Shown here one piece after another: positions 41,993-51,985 of a stretch of DNA of 64,000 nt. Both the position numbers and the translations under genes were made by a program. The notes beneath the pieces are model-generated. The model searched no databases, was not told where the DNA came from, and was given only the letters and a program-made list of their open reading frames with translations. Within the stretch, counting starts at the first letter, position 1, and each line of letters begins with the position of its first letter. The stretch comes from Promethearchaeota archaeon (GTDB taxonomy: Archaea > Asgardarchaeota > Lokiarchaeia > Sigyniarchaeales > SOKP01): NCBI GenBank assembly GCA_004524535.1, contig SDNY01000003.1:7138-71137 (forward strand), read 5' to 3'.

Positions 41993-42868
41993 TTAAGATA
42001 GATAATCTATTTCACTTTCAGATTGAATATATAAACCAATCAATAACATAGCACACGCATTAAGAAAGTGCCAAACTGCATGCCACTGCCACCAAGAGTG
42101 AGGATCACATGTTGGTGCGTTTCTTTTACCAAAATGCCAGAGCCAATATGAAACAACGAATATAATGATAGCGATAGCTAATATGAGAATATTTCTTTTT
42201 ATTTGTCTTGCCCCTTTATACTTAAAAACCCTTGAGTATATTCCAAGTCCAATCAAGACTTCGTTTATGATAGCAATTACTAAAAGCAATTCAAATAATC
42301 CACCTCCGCCCAGACTAATAAGAGGAAGACCTATTTTCATTAGAATTACTACTAAAATAAAATCTATAAGGAGTATTATATATAGATTCCGTTTCTTGAT
42401 ATCAAAAAGAATCGCCAAGGACATTATTAACAATCCGCTCATGTACATGTTCATGGAAAGTACGTCTAAGAAGCCTGCGGAGAACCATGGAGTCCACGCA
42501 TAACTAGCGTGCATGTAAAAGCTAGCTATTCCAACCCATATTACTAACAAGCCATAAGTAACCATATAATGCATATTTTCATCTCTATGTATATAAACTT
42601 CTCTTCTATTTAGTTTTTCCATGCGGAGGAGGTCGTAATAAATAAGAATGGACATTCCTGCTCCAACAAAATAAAAGTTGGACCATGCATTCATAGGTTC
42701 TCCTATTAGCAGATTCGGATCATAATATTCGCAGAAACCAGTAGGGCCTGCGATTCGGGGTCTAGTCCAGATCTGAAAAATTTCCATAATAAGGAAAAAA
42801 AGCATCCCCGCAGTGATAAAAGCAATTCCTATGATCGTCCCTTTATATTTATTAAAAACTTCACTCAT
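41993..42868 (-). CDS. Alkaline ceramidase-like membrane hydrolase (CREST superfamily)
   Basis: FCE...EPMNAWSN, SFYMHA, DVLSM, WHAVWH; seven TM. Confidence 0.8.
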   Translation of the reverse strand: MSEVFNKYKGTIIGIAFITAGMLFFLIMEIFQIWTRPRIAGPTGFCEYYDPNLLIGEPMNAWSNFYFVGAGMSILIYYDLLRMEKLNRREVYIHRDENMHYMVTYGLLVIWVGIASFYMHASYAWTPWFSAGFLDVLSMNMYMSGLLIMSLAILFDIKKRNLYIILLIDFILVVILMKIGLPLISLGGGGLFELLLVIAIINEVLIGLGIYSRVFKYKGARQIKRNILILAIAIIIFVVSYWLWHFGKRNAPTCDPHSWWQWHAVWHFLNACAMLLIGLYIQSESEIDYLS

Positions 42869-43026
42869 GACTGAGAAAAAAAATTAAATAATAAAAAACT
42901 TATTGAACGCAATAATTTCTAATCTTTTTAATTCTGAAACTATTTTTTAACGATAGAATCATGGTTAATGCACTACTTCTATAAAAAGGTTTAAAATTAG
43001 TAAAAAACGGAATAAAATAATTAATA

Positions 43027-44157
43027 TTAGGGTTCAAACTTATCAACAATTCTCGAAACAGTTTTTAATCTTCTCCCATCTCCGTGGCATAATTCGTCGC
43101 TTATTCCTAATATTAAGTTGGGCGAAAAAAGTTCGAGAATTTTCTTGGTTTTATCAATTAATTTTGATTCTTCGAAATTTCGTAAGAAGAGTGTTGCAGG
43201 AATCCCATCTAGTAATATTTTACCAGACTCTCCTATCGTTTTTGCTATGGATTCTATGGGGACATCTCCCTGAGGTGGTGGTGTCAATGCCTCGTAACCA
43301 TCGAAAGACATTGAAGGTAGATATGGTAAAAGATGCTTAAAAGAACCATCAATATGAATAAATGCGAACTTATTTACATTGTGGAGCAGTTTAACCCTCG
43401 TTTCGTAATATTCTAAAAGATATTTTTCAAAATATGGCGGGGGGGAAATATTGTGATCGATATTCTCACCAAAGTTTAATAGCTTTAAGGGACATTTTGT
43501 TATAACTCTCTTATATTTGCTTAGATCGAGTTCCTCGAGATAATGGAAGAAATCTTCCATTTCTGTTTTGTACCTCCGTAAATAAATGATTGTTCGTTCG
43601 AGTCCTAAATACGAAAGAACGCATTTCATATACGGCGACCGGAAATAATAGCTAGTTGGAATACCAAAATCCTGCATTTCCTTTTTAGCTTTTTCATACA
43701 TGAATTCATTGAACATAAAATCAGTTTGTTCCTCAATATACTTTATAACTTTAAGGTCTTCAATTTTCTTGACAGGAAACTCAAGAATTCGCCCTTCTTT
43801 AATTATCTGACTCACTTCACCAACGGGTGTTATGGTTTTCATAACATGTCGCTTATCTTTTGATCTAATCTTTTTTATTCTGATTTGATGATTAGCTTTC
43901 TTACCCTCGTTAAATAATACGAATCCGAAAGTTTCTTCTGGATATCGAATCGATGCATTTATATCTTTGTATACTTCCTTAATGCTTTTTCCTATATATT
44001 CCTTAGGTACAAATTGTTCAACGCTCTGGTATTTTTCCGGTGTAAGTCTATCAACTTGATTACTAAAATACCAATACATTATTCGGGGTTGCCATATAAT
44101 TCGATCAATGGGTTTGTGTTCGAATATATGAAGTATTAGTTCAGAAAAATTACTCAT
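43027..44157 (-). CDS. Uroporphyrinogen decarboxylase / MtaA-like TIM-barrel protein
   Basis: FGENID, FIHIDG, GYEALTPPPQGD, ILGISDE. Confidence 0.75.
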   Translation of the reverse strand: MSNFSELILHIFEHKPIDRIIWQPRIMYWYFSNQVDRLTPEKYQSVEQFVPKEYIGKSIKEVYKDINASIRYPEETFGFVLFNEGKKANHQIRIKKIRSKDKRHVMKTITPVGEVSQIIKEGRILEFPVKKIEDLKVIKYIEEQTDFMFNEFMYEKAKKEMQDFGIPTSYYFRSPYMKCVLSYLGLERTIIYLRRYKTEMEDFFHYLEELDLSKYKRVITKCPLKLLNFGENIDHNISPPPYFEKYLLEYYETRVKLLHNVNKFAFIHIDGSFKHLLPYLPSMSFDGYEALTPPPQGDVPIESIAKTIGESGKILLDGIPATLFLRNFEESKLIDKTKKILELFSPNLILGISDELCHGDGRRLKTVSRIVDKFEP

Positions 44158-44175
44158 AGTTAATAATATAAATCG

Positions 44176-44208
44176 TGAAAAACATAAAATCTTTCCAAAC
44201 TATTTTAA
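44176..44208 (+). repeat. 33-bp direct repeat, copy 1
   Basis: tgaaaaacataaaatctttccaaactattttaa; 32/33 identical to 46310-46342. Confidence 0.9.
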
Positions 44209-44253
44209 TAGAATATTGATGTAGATAATAAAGAAGATAGAAAATTTAGTAAT

Positions 44254-45333
44254 TTAGTATTTTGCATATTTTTTCCATACATCTATCATTTCCAGGTAAT
44301 TTTCCACCTTAATATAGTTGGGAATCGAATTTCCGGAGCCAAACGCATAGCCTCCGTTTTTCTTGCATTTCTTTAATATGTTTCTTGAATAATTCCTAAC
44401 CACTCCTTTATCTTCACGCGATAAAATATCAACATCAACTCCTCCCAAAATTGCAACACGATGCCCAAATCTTTTTTTGGCATCTATAACTGGTAATATA
44501 TTATCTTGAAAACTATGCCAAGCATCAATCTTCACATAGTCAATAAGAAGATCAATAACCTTTTCTAAATTACCGCATGAATGGAGAATAAACGGTTTTC
44601 CTTTTTTATGAGAAACCTCGGCAATCCTCTTATGCCATGGAAAAACATATTTTTTTAAATCCTTTGGATTCAGCATTGGTCCACGATTATATCCTAGATC
44701 ATCCCCCATCCGCATAGATCCAACTATCTCCTCCTCAGCAATGATTTTATCAACTTCCTCAATTAGTTTCCCGACTTTATTAAATATATTTTTAACAAAT
44801 TTGGGTTGCTGACGCATGGCCTTACTAAATGGTACAAATCCTACCAGCCATAGAACATGCTCAAAAACACCGCCAGCGACACCAGATACAAGCTTCATCC
44901 TTTTGGGAAGAATCTTTGCTGCTGCTTTCAGCATTTTATAATCCACAGCATTTTCGGGTTCGGGCCATGGGTATTCATCGCATTCTTCTTGAGTTGCAAT
45001 GGTTGATCTATTTTCATCAACCCAAAATCTCTTCTTAATCCCTAAAGGTTCATTATAACTGCCTATTATTATGTTATTCCTAGGCAAAGTCATCTCCAGT
45101 TCAAGTGGGATATAATCGTATCCCAAACCACTAAAAAAATCCAATAAATATCTAATGTAGACTTTTTGTTTTCTTAAAGGTTTGGTTTCAGAGCGAAGAG
45201 GTGATGGATTTTTTTGTAAAACCGCTTTCATTATAGAATTGTCTACAATATGCTCATATAAAGGGACTTTTTTTGGCTCTTCTCTATTTAAGACCTTTAG
45301 TAAATCGTCGAAATTTGGCTCCATAATGTACAA
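44254..45333 (-). CDS. Uroporphyrinogen decarboxylase / MtaA-like protein
   Basis: MGDDLG, FILHSCG, AILGGVD, GGYAFGSGNSI. Confidence 0.88.
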   Translation of the reverse strand: MYIMEPNFDDLLKVLNREEPKKVPLYEHIVDNSIMKAVLQKNPSPLRSETKPLRKQKVYIRYLLDFFSGLGYDYIPLELEMTLPRNNIIIGSYNEPLGIKKRFWVDENRSTIATQEECDEYPWPEPENAVDYKMLKAAAKILPKRMKLVSGVAGGVFEHVLWLVGFVPFSKAMRQQPKFVKNIFNKVGKLIEEVDKIIAEEEIVGSMRMGDDLGYNRGPMLNPKDLKKYVFPWHKRIAEVSHKKGKPFILHSCGNLEKVIDLLIDYVKIDAWHSFQDNILPVIDAKKRFGHRVAILGGVDVDILSREDKGVVRNYSRNILKKCKKNGGYAFGSGNSIPNYIKVENYLEMIDVWKKYAKY

Positions 45334-45358
45334 TATACCATAAAAAATTGAAATTTTC

Positions 45359-45943
45359 TTACTCTAACTGAATTGAAAGTAAACGTTTAAGTGTAGAATT
45401 AAGCCCTATTTCCTCAATCTTACTTGATATTAATGCCAAATTTACTTTTTCTCTATTTGCATGAAAAATGGTTAAAAAATCGATAATATCTTGATATTCC
45501 AGTAATTCTGAATCTGGTATATCGTCTATTTTTCCCATATATATAATTTTTCCTATTAATACATATTCTATTGGCGCAATACTTAACTCTAGACCGAGAA
45601 TTTTTTCATTTATTGCATTTTTTAATACATCAAGTTCTCTTTTTTTATCAGCAACTTTAATATCAAGTCTTAAGAAACTCTCATTATCAAAAATAGATAT
45701 ATTAGTATGTTCTTGATAGGCCATTTTAATTTGTTCCTCCATTACATCAAAATTAAAGGATCTTAGTAACCCTAAGAATTGAGAGAACTTTGAGGGATCA
45801 TCTTCAATAATTATATCTATATCTTGTGTAGCTCTTATATGACCATAATGGATTACGGCTATGCCTCCTACAATGACATACTTTAATTTAGTTGCCTTAA
45901 ATATCTTTTCTAAACGGGATAAGATATTTTTAATTTCAGCCAA
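45359..45943 (-). CDS. DUF6036-like nucleotidyltransferase, probable toxin
   Basis: YVIVGGIAVIHYG..RATQDIDII, KR..D. Confidence 0.8.
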   Translation of the reverse strand: MAEIKNILSRLEKIFKATKLKYVIVGGIAVIHYGHIRATQDIDIIIEDDPSKFSQFLGLLRSFNFDVMEEQIKMAYQEHTNISIFDNESFLRLDIKVADKKRELDVLKNAINEKILGLELSIAPIEYVLIGKIIYMGKIDDIPDSELLEYQDIIDFLTIFHANREKVNLALISSKIEEIGLNSTLKRLLSIQLE

Positions 45944-46226
45944 GGTCCTTACCTCGTTTTTGAAGTATTTGTATTTTTCTTGCTAAAGATAATAAATCTC
46001 GTACTTTTTGATGTATATTTGATTCTGATAGTTCCGGATAATTACGTGAGATTCCATCTTTCATAATTTCAAATGTATCGGTTATGAATTTATCTGCGAT
46101 CTCAAGAGGCTCAATTTTTTTTTTTATTATTCTGATTGCTGATTGAATTTCATCCTGTAATTTTTTTTTTCTAATGAATAAGAGATCATTTCGTTGTAGT
46201 AATTCTGTTTCTTCCGTTTTATCCAT
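45936..46226 (-). CDS. Small helical partner of the nucleotidyltransferase, probable antitoxin
   Basis: 96 aa, overlaps the start of the NTase gene; role inferred from arrangement. Confidence 0.55.
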   Translation of the reverse strand: MDKTEETELLQRNDLLFIRKKKLQDEIQSAIRIIKKKIEPLEIADKFITDTFEIMKDGISRNYPELSESNIHQKVRDLLSLARKIQILQKRGKDLG

Positions 46227-46309
46227 GATTATTCATTTCTTCAAGCATTCCCTTCTATAAATATATAATTATAAACGTCTTATATAAATCTCTATGGATT
46301 TATGGATCT

Positions 46310-46342
46310 TGAAAAACATAAAATCTTTCCAAACCATTTTAA
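46310..46342 (+). repeat. 33-bp direct repeat, copy 2
   Basis: tgaaaaacataaaatctttccaaaccattttaa. Confidence 0.9.
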
Positions 46343-46357
46343 AAAAAAAGGTTAAAA

Positions 46358-47545
46358 TTAAGGCATACAAAAATCTGGATTTGCTTTTCTCCTTGATTTT
46401 TTATAATCCCTAGTATATTTTCGTTTAATTTTTGGATCCATTTTATCAAATTCCTCTTGTGCCTTATCTGGAGGAAATACTACAATCTCTCCATCTTCTC
46501 TTTGAATAACACAACCCGAATTAGTAAGAAGCCTATAATTTTCTGCAGTTTCTTTCGGGTCTCCCCAACAAATTAAAGCACAGTTTCCGCAAGTAAGTTG
46601 TATAACACCTTTAGTAGATTTTCTATCCTCTGCGATGGCTAATTGATCCTCAGAAAATTTACCTGAAAATGAACTAGGTACATATCCCTTAGAACTGTCT
46701 TTGATCATGGGCCGCTTAGAATGGGAGACCATAGCAGTAGGCATAAGTTTTTGTACTTCTGCATCATTTTCTGGATATTCAAATCGCCCCGGTGACCAAG
46801 TGGACCACTTTCCAGTTTTATCTAACCCATTAAAACCAGCACATGTGAGAACACATCGAAGTTTATTGATTCTTTTTCCATAACTAAAAGTTTTACCACC
46901 TAGAGTAACTTCTGATGCTTCATCTTCCGAGAACATTCGAAAAGCGCATACTTGAACACATAATTTACATTTTGTGCAAAATTCTTCTTCGGGTGGGATT
47001 GGATCAGTTGGTTGAAGCTTTGCTGAAGTAACTGTGGCGCCAATAATTATTGTAGTACCATACCCCTTAATTCCTACATTTCCAGACCAGCCAAATGACG
47101 CAACACCAGATCTCACGCATACATAACGGATTGAAAGCTCTGGAGGAAGAATCGCCTTCCATCCGGGCATATCCTCTCTGTATTTATTATTAGCAACCAA
47201 TCCTTTCGCTTTGTATCCCTTTTTTTTAAGCAATTCTGCTAATTCCATGGACATTTTAGTTACTTTTACATTCACTTTGATGTTATCTTTTTCATGTTCT
47301 GCACGCGCTTCTGGATGAGCTTTGGAGAGAAAGGGTCGAATTAAGCTTCTATCTAATGGAACCGCCCAGCAAATCGCAGATTCTGCTTCTGGTAAAAGGT
47401 ATTTAATATTTGCTCCTTCTGGTCCCCCAGCAAGAGTCTCAAGAGTTGCGAATCCAACTCTGATTGCACCACGATCAAGTAACCATTTTGTAATTTCTTC
47501 TTCTAATCCTGCTTCAGTCTCTTTTCCTGTTGTTATTGTAATTAT
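46358..47545 (-). CDS. Epoxyqueuosine-reductase / reductive-dehalogenase-like Fe-S protein, about 395 aa, probable ATA/ATT start
   Basis: CTKCKLCVQVC and TCGNCALIC motifs; RYVCVRSGVASFGWSG. The frame stays open 90 codons upstream of the track GTG (LLDRGAIRVGFAT...AICWAVP) with no ATG/GTG/TTG; GGTGA at 47553-47549. Confidence 0.8.
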   Translation of the reverse strand: MITITTGKETEAGLEEEITKWLLDRGAIRVGFATLETLAGGPEGANIKYLLPEAESAICWAVPLDRSLIRPFLSKAHPEARAEHEKDNIKVNVKVTKMSMELAELLKKKGYKAKGLVANNKYREDMPGWKAILPPELSIRYVCVRSGVASFGWSGNVGIKGYGTTIIIGATVTSAKLQPTDPIPPEEEFCTKCKLCVQVCAFRMFSEDEASEVTLGGKTFSYGKRINKLRCVLTCAGFNGLDKTGKWSTWSPGRFEYPENDAEVQKLMPTAMVSHSKRPMIKDSSKGYVPSSFSGKFSEDQLAIAEDRKSTKGVIQLTCGNCALICWGDPKETAENYRLLTNSGCVIQREDGEIVVFPPDKAQEEFDKMDPKIKRKYTRDYKKSRRKANPDFCMP

Positions 47546-47733
47546 AATTCACCATTTTTAAATTAATTAAATTATAATATGTATAAATTAATTTTTTAAG
47601 TATTTATAACTTGTCACTATTGATAACCAATAAATGATATTTATTGTATATGCAATAAAAATATTAAATGCCTCAAATTTTAAACTCGTGTGTAACTGTT
47701 TTTAATGAAAAAATATAATGATAGAAATAACTA

Positions 47734-48993
47734 TTGGAGATGATCAATAAAATGAAGAGCAGAGAGCGTGTTCTTGCGGCTATTAACCATAAAGAACCGG
47801 ATAGAGTCCCTATAGATATTGGAGCTACTTTGCAGACAGGCATACATGCTATTGCCTATACCAAGCTAAAAGAACATTTAGGTATAAAAGGAGGTCATAC
47901 GCGCATTCATGATGTTGGTCAACAGCTTGCAGAAATCGAAGATGAGATGTTAGACTACTTTAAAGCAGATTGCTTGGATGTTGGAAGGGTATTCACAGAT
48001 TCGGATGAGGAATGGTATGATGTAGAAGTTAATGGAATTCAAGCGCAGTTTCCTAGAACATTTAAACCGCGTTTCAATCCTGATGGATCTGTGGATGTAT
48101 GTCGTCATGATGGTAAAGTTGTAGCAAGAATGTCTGCAGCTGCATTGGTGATTGACCAAGTTTATTATCCAATTGAAGATGATTATCCTGATAATTCTCA
48201 ATTATTATTATCCATTCTTATGAAAAATGCAATAACTATGATCCCTCCACCCTTCAACCATTTGGGAGAAAGAGGGTTCTGGCGTAATTTAAAGAGAAGA
48301 GCTATTGAATTAAAGAATAATAGCGAAAGAGCATTAATGTTAATGGGAGGTATAAGTTTTTTTCAATTTATGACGGCTTATAAAAAGATGGATAAAGTTC
48401 TAGTAGATATAATAAGGTATACCAATAAAGTTGACAAATTTTTAGATATTTTAATGGAATTTCAGCTTGCTTCGCTCTCTCTGACTTCTAAGTATCTTGG
48501 AGATACGATAGATATTATAGTGTTTGGGGACGATTACGGGGAAAACAATGGTCCTATTTTTAGTCCAAGACTTTTTAAGAAATTATTTAAGCCTCGAATT
48601 GAAGCTGCTTGCGATTATGTAAAAAAACATACGAAATGGAAGATATTCTTCCATTCTTGCGGAGCAATTGCTCCAATTATTCCTGATTTGATCGAAATTG
48701 GGATCGATATTTTAAATCCCGTCCAAATAAACGCTAAAGGTATGAACCCAAAATTCTTAAAGGAGGAATTTGGAGATGATATTACTTTCTGGGGAGGGGG
48801 AGCCGATACACGTCATGTCTTAAATTTTAAATCACCCCCAGAAGTTAAAGAACATGTAACCAATCTACTTGAGATCTTTGCTCCTGGAGGAGGTTATGTA
48901 TGGAATACCGTTCATAATATTTTGCCAGATGTCCCACCTGAAAATATTGTAGCAGCTCTCGAAGCCGTTCATGAATATAATGAAAAAAATTAG
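47734..48993 (+). CDS. Uroporphyrinogen decarboxylase / MtaA-like protein
   Basis: SRERVLAAINHKEPDRVP, FGDDYG, FFHSCG, TFWGGG, GGGYVWNTVHNI. Confidence 0.9.
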   Translation: MEMINKMKSRERVLAAINHKEPDRVPIDIGATLQTGIHAIAYTKLKEHLGIKGGHTRIHDVGQQLAEIEDEMLDYFKADCLDVGRVFTDSDEEWYDVEVNGIQAQFPRTFKPRFNPDGSVDVCRHDGKVVARMSAAALVIDQVYYPIEDDYPDNSQLLLSILMKNAITMIPPPFNHLGERGFWRNLKRRAIELKNNSERALMLMGGISFFQFMTAYKKMDKVLVDIIRYTNKVDKFLDILMEFQLASLSLTSKYLGDTIDIIVFGDDYGENNGPIFSPRLFKKLFKPRIEAACDYVKKHTKWKIFFHSCGAIAPIIPDLIEIGIDILNPVQINAKGMNPKFLKEEFGDDITFWGGGADTRHVLNFKSPPEVKEHVTNLLEIFAPGGGYVWNTVHNILPDVPPENIVAALEAVHEYNEKN

Positions 48994-49046
48994 CTTTATT
49001 TACTCAAATCATATAATTCTAATGGAGAGAATTAAATTTTTCATAC

Positions 49047-50120
49047 TTAATCAAATAGTCCCTTTACAAATTCCCCAATTTTCTCTATAGCTTCTTTTGC
49101 TTCAGGAAGATCATAAAGACCATAGTTTTGCCAGACATGAGGCATATCATCCCATTCTTGTAGCGTGGCATCAACACCTGCTGCTTTAGCCAATTCCACT
49201 AATCTAGTCGAATGGTCGTAAACCATTTCACTTGTGCTTACTTGTACTAATATTGGAGGAAATCCGGTAAAGTCAGCAAATATTGGGCATACAAGAGGAT
49301 CATTAGGATTAGCTCCATCAAGATATGCGGGAATCCACCAAAAAACGCCTACATCTGCCATTACACAATCTGTAGGAGCATTCTCTAGTATGGTTTTACT
49401 GTTTGTAGTATAATCAATACCCGGAGAGAGAACTATTGCACCTCTAGGCATAGTTATACCCTCCTCTTTAATTTTAAGAAGTGTTACGAGAGTCATATTT
49501 CCACCTGCTGAAGCTCCACCAACAATTATATTTTCTGGTTTATATCCTTGGGAAAGAAGCCATTTATAAGATGTTAAGCAATCATTTGGCCCCTCAGGAA
49601 ATGGATGTTCTGGAGCAAGAGCATAATCCACGCTTAATACTTTTAAATTTGCAGCTTTTCCAATCTCAACGGAATAAGGACGACTAGAAGCCGGAGATCC
49701 TAGTACATGTCCTCCCCCATGGAAAAATAATAGAACTTTATCCTCATCAACACCCTCAGAGATTTCCCATTCTGCGGGTACTCCCCCAGCATCAATACTT
49801 TCAATTTTTACATCTGGAGATAATGGATGCTGTTCCTGGAGAATTTTCCCTTTATATTCCATAGCACCGCGAAAAACTTTTGCTAACTGTTTCATTTGGT
49901 CTCTATTTATAAGATCATAAAGATCCTCTATTTTACCTTCTCCAGATTCGAGTATTTGATAGAATCGTTTATTTCCCTCTGAAATGATAAGGAGCATATT
50001 AATAATGTCAATCCCTTCCTTTTCCGCTATCTCGAGTGCTCCTTTTGTTACTATTTTTTGACTCTTTTGCTGGAGTTTCTTTACATCTGGTCTTAATAAT
50101 CGTTTATTCAATACCGGCAT
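49047..50120 (-). CDS. HSL-family alpha/beta hydrolase (esterase)
   Basis: FHGGG, DYALAPEHPFP, GASAGG, MPHVW. Confidence 0.92.
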   Translation of the reverse strand: MPVLNKRLLRPDVKKLQQKSQKIVTKGALEIAEKEGIDIINMLLIISEGNKRFYQILESGEGKIEDLYDLINRDQMKQLAKVFRGAMEYKGKILQEQHPLSPDVKIESIDAGGVPAEWEISEGVDEDKVLLFFHGGGHVLGSPASSRPYSVEIGKAANLKVLSVDYALAPEHPFPEGPNDCLTSYKWLLSQGYKPENIIVGGASAGGNMTLVTLLKIKEEGITMPRGAIVLSPGIDYTTNSKTILENAPTDCVMADVGVFWWIPAYLDGANPNDPLVCPIFADFTGFPPILVQVSTSEMVYDHSTRLVELAKAAGVDATLQEWDDMPHVWQNYGLYDLPEAKEAIEKIGEFVKGLFD

Positions 50121-50195
50121 AAATATAATTAAAAACGCTTCTCTATATAATTTTATTATTTAACTATAAACTCAAATTTTTTATATTTTCTTTAT

Positions 50196-50219
50196 TATCT
50201 GCATTCCATGGGGCTTCAT
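50196..50219 (-). repeat. trpG/pabA 3'-end relic, partial
   Basis: MKPHGMQI, followed by a disrupted IKNLSL* tail near 50164. Confidence 0.75.
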
Positions 50220-50284
50220 TTTTTTTATATCTCTGAAAGGTAAAAGATTTTTATGCAATAAAATCAATGTTATTTTGTTTGAAA

Positions 50285-51934
50285 ATGAATATTCTAATAA
50301 AAAATGGACTTATAGTTGATGGAACAGGAACACCAAAATATAAAGCAGATGTTCTTGTTAAAGGGGATACAATCGTTAAAATTGGCTCTAATCTCACCAC
50401 AGATAACGCGAAACTTATTGACGCCTCGAATAAAATTGTTTCCCCAGGATTTATAGACATCCATAACCACGCTGATTTAAATATTGTCGATGCGAACAAA
50501 GCAGAATCTTTTGTTATGCAAGGAATGACAACTTTATTAGTTAGCGTGTGTGGTCTAGGAATTGCCCCTGCCAATGATTTCCTCATTAAATTTTATAAAG
50601 AGTTTATTTCGAGAGCAATGGGAGTGTCTCCTACGATCTACAGGGACTTTCAGGAAATGAGGAGAGCCTTAGAGGAGATGGGGATTTCTCTCAATTTGGC
50701 CTTTATGGTCCCCCATATAAATATAAGAACTTGCGTAATGGGAGCAGACATGCGCCAAGCAACCCAAGAAGAACTGTCACAAATGAAGCAGATAGTTAGA
50801 GAAGGGATGGAATTTGGGGCATTTGGATTGTCTACTGGCTTAGACTATCCCCCAGGATCCACTACAGATACAGAAGAATTTATAGAACTTTCCAAGGTGG
50901 TAAGTGAATATGATGGAATTTATAATTCTCATTTGAGAAATAATGGTGCGAAGTTTATTGAAATTGGAATGAAGGAAATCATTCGTATAGCCCAAGAAGC
51001 TAATGTTAGGGCTCATATTTCACATTGGATGACTTTAAGCCAATATAATACCGAAGAATTAGTTAAAGAAGCCATTCAATTATTAGAAGATACACGAGAC
51101 AGAGGAATAGAGATTACTGCTGATGTAGTACCTTATGATGATGGCGTTACCAGTCTTCCATTTGTATTATTAAACACTTGGGTATTCGAAAACTTCATAG
51201 AAAATTTGTCCAATCCCGAAACCAGAAGCCAAATTAAAAAGGAAGTATGGGAGAGATTATCGTCCGCCTTTTTAGCTGATGCCCCTTTAATTGTCCGATT
51301 AATCCCTAAATTTTTGTTGAAACGACTCGCCTATCCTAAGATCGCAAAAAGCGTAAAACTTCTTCACGTTAAAAATAATCGCCAGTTTCTCGGAAAAACT
51401 ATGCATGAAACGCTCACTAAGCTTTACCCTGGGAAAAAATTGGAAGATTCTATGTTGGATTTTATTCGAGACGAAGAGGGAGGAGTTTTAATCATCCATA
51501 TGATGAAAGACGAGCGAAAGAGCGTAATTCCTTTTTATAAACAACCGTTTTCTTGTGCGAGCTCAGATGCTAATCTAAATATAGGTGGAAATAGCCATCC
51601 TCGTGCTTATGGTGCCTTTCCTAGAATTATTTCGAGATGGGTGCGAGAAATGAAAATTATATCATTGGAAGAGGCCATAAGAAAGATGACATCTCTCCCA
51701 GCGTCGATTCTCCAAATCAAAGATAGAGGCGTAATTAAGGAAGGATATAAAGCAGATCTTGTTATATTTAATTATAACTTCATTAAAGAAATGGGTACAA
51801 TTGAAAATGGAAATCAATTTCCCGAAGGAATTGAGTATGTGATTGTTAATGGGGAAATCACATGCGAACACGGTAAGCACACGGGAGCTTTAAAAGGCAA
51901 GGTGTTGAGACACTCTATTCCAAAAGCTGAATAG
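50285..51934 (+). CDS. N-acyl-D-amino-acid deacylase family amidohydrolase (I)
   Basis: PGFIDIHNH, VCG, SHLR, SHW, ASSD, HPRAYGAFPR. Confidence 0.92.
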   Translation: MNILIKNGLIVDGTGTPKYKADVLVKGDTIVKIGSNLTTDNAKLIDASNKIVSPGFIDIHNHADLNIVDANKAESFVMQGMTTLLVSVCGLGIAPANDFLIKFYKEFISRAMGVSPTIYRDFQEMRRALEEMGISLNLAFMVPHINIRTCVMGADMRQATQEELSQMKQIVREGMEFGAFGLSTGLDYPPGSTTDTEEFIELSKVVSEYDGIYNSHLRNNGAKFIEIGMKEIIRIAQEANVRAHISHWMTLSQYNTEELVKEAIQLLEDTRDRGIEITADVVPYDDGVTSLPFVLLNTWVFENFIENLSNPETRSQIKKEVWERLSSAFLADAPLIVRLIPKFLLKRLAYPKIAKSVKLLHVKNNRQFLGKTMHETLTKLYPGKKLEDSMLDFIRDEEGGVLIIHMMKDERKSVIPFYKQPFSCASSDANLNIGGNSHPRAYGAFPRIISRWVREMKIISLEEAIRKMTSLPASILQIKDRGVIKEGYKADLVIFNYNFIKEMGTIENGNQFPEGIEYVIVNGEITCEHGKHTGALKGKVLRHSIPKAE

Positions 51935-51985
51935 CTGAAATGCTTTATAATTTTTTGCACTTGCATTTTTCCATAAAATAGAAAG

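Noticed and set aside
46358-47545. Definite reductive dehalogenase or queG call
   Set aside because: The motifs fit both families and no membrane anchor gene or Tat signal is present; cannot be resolved by eye.
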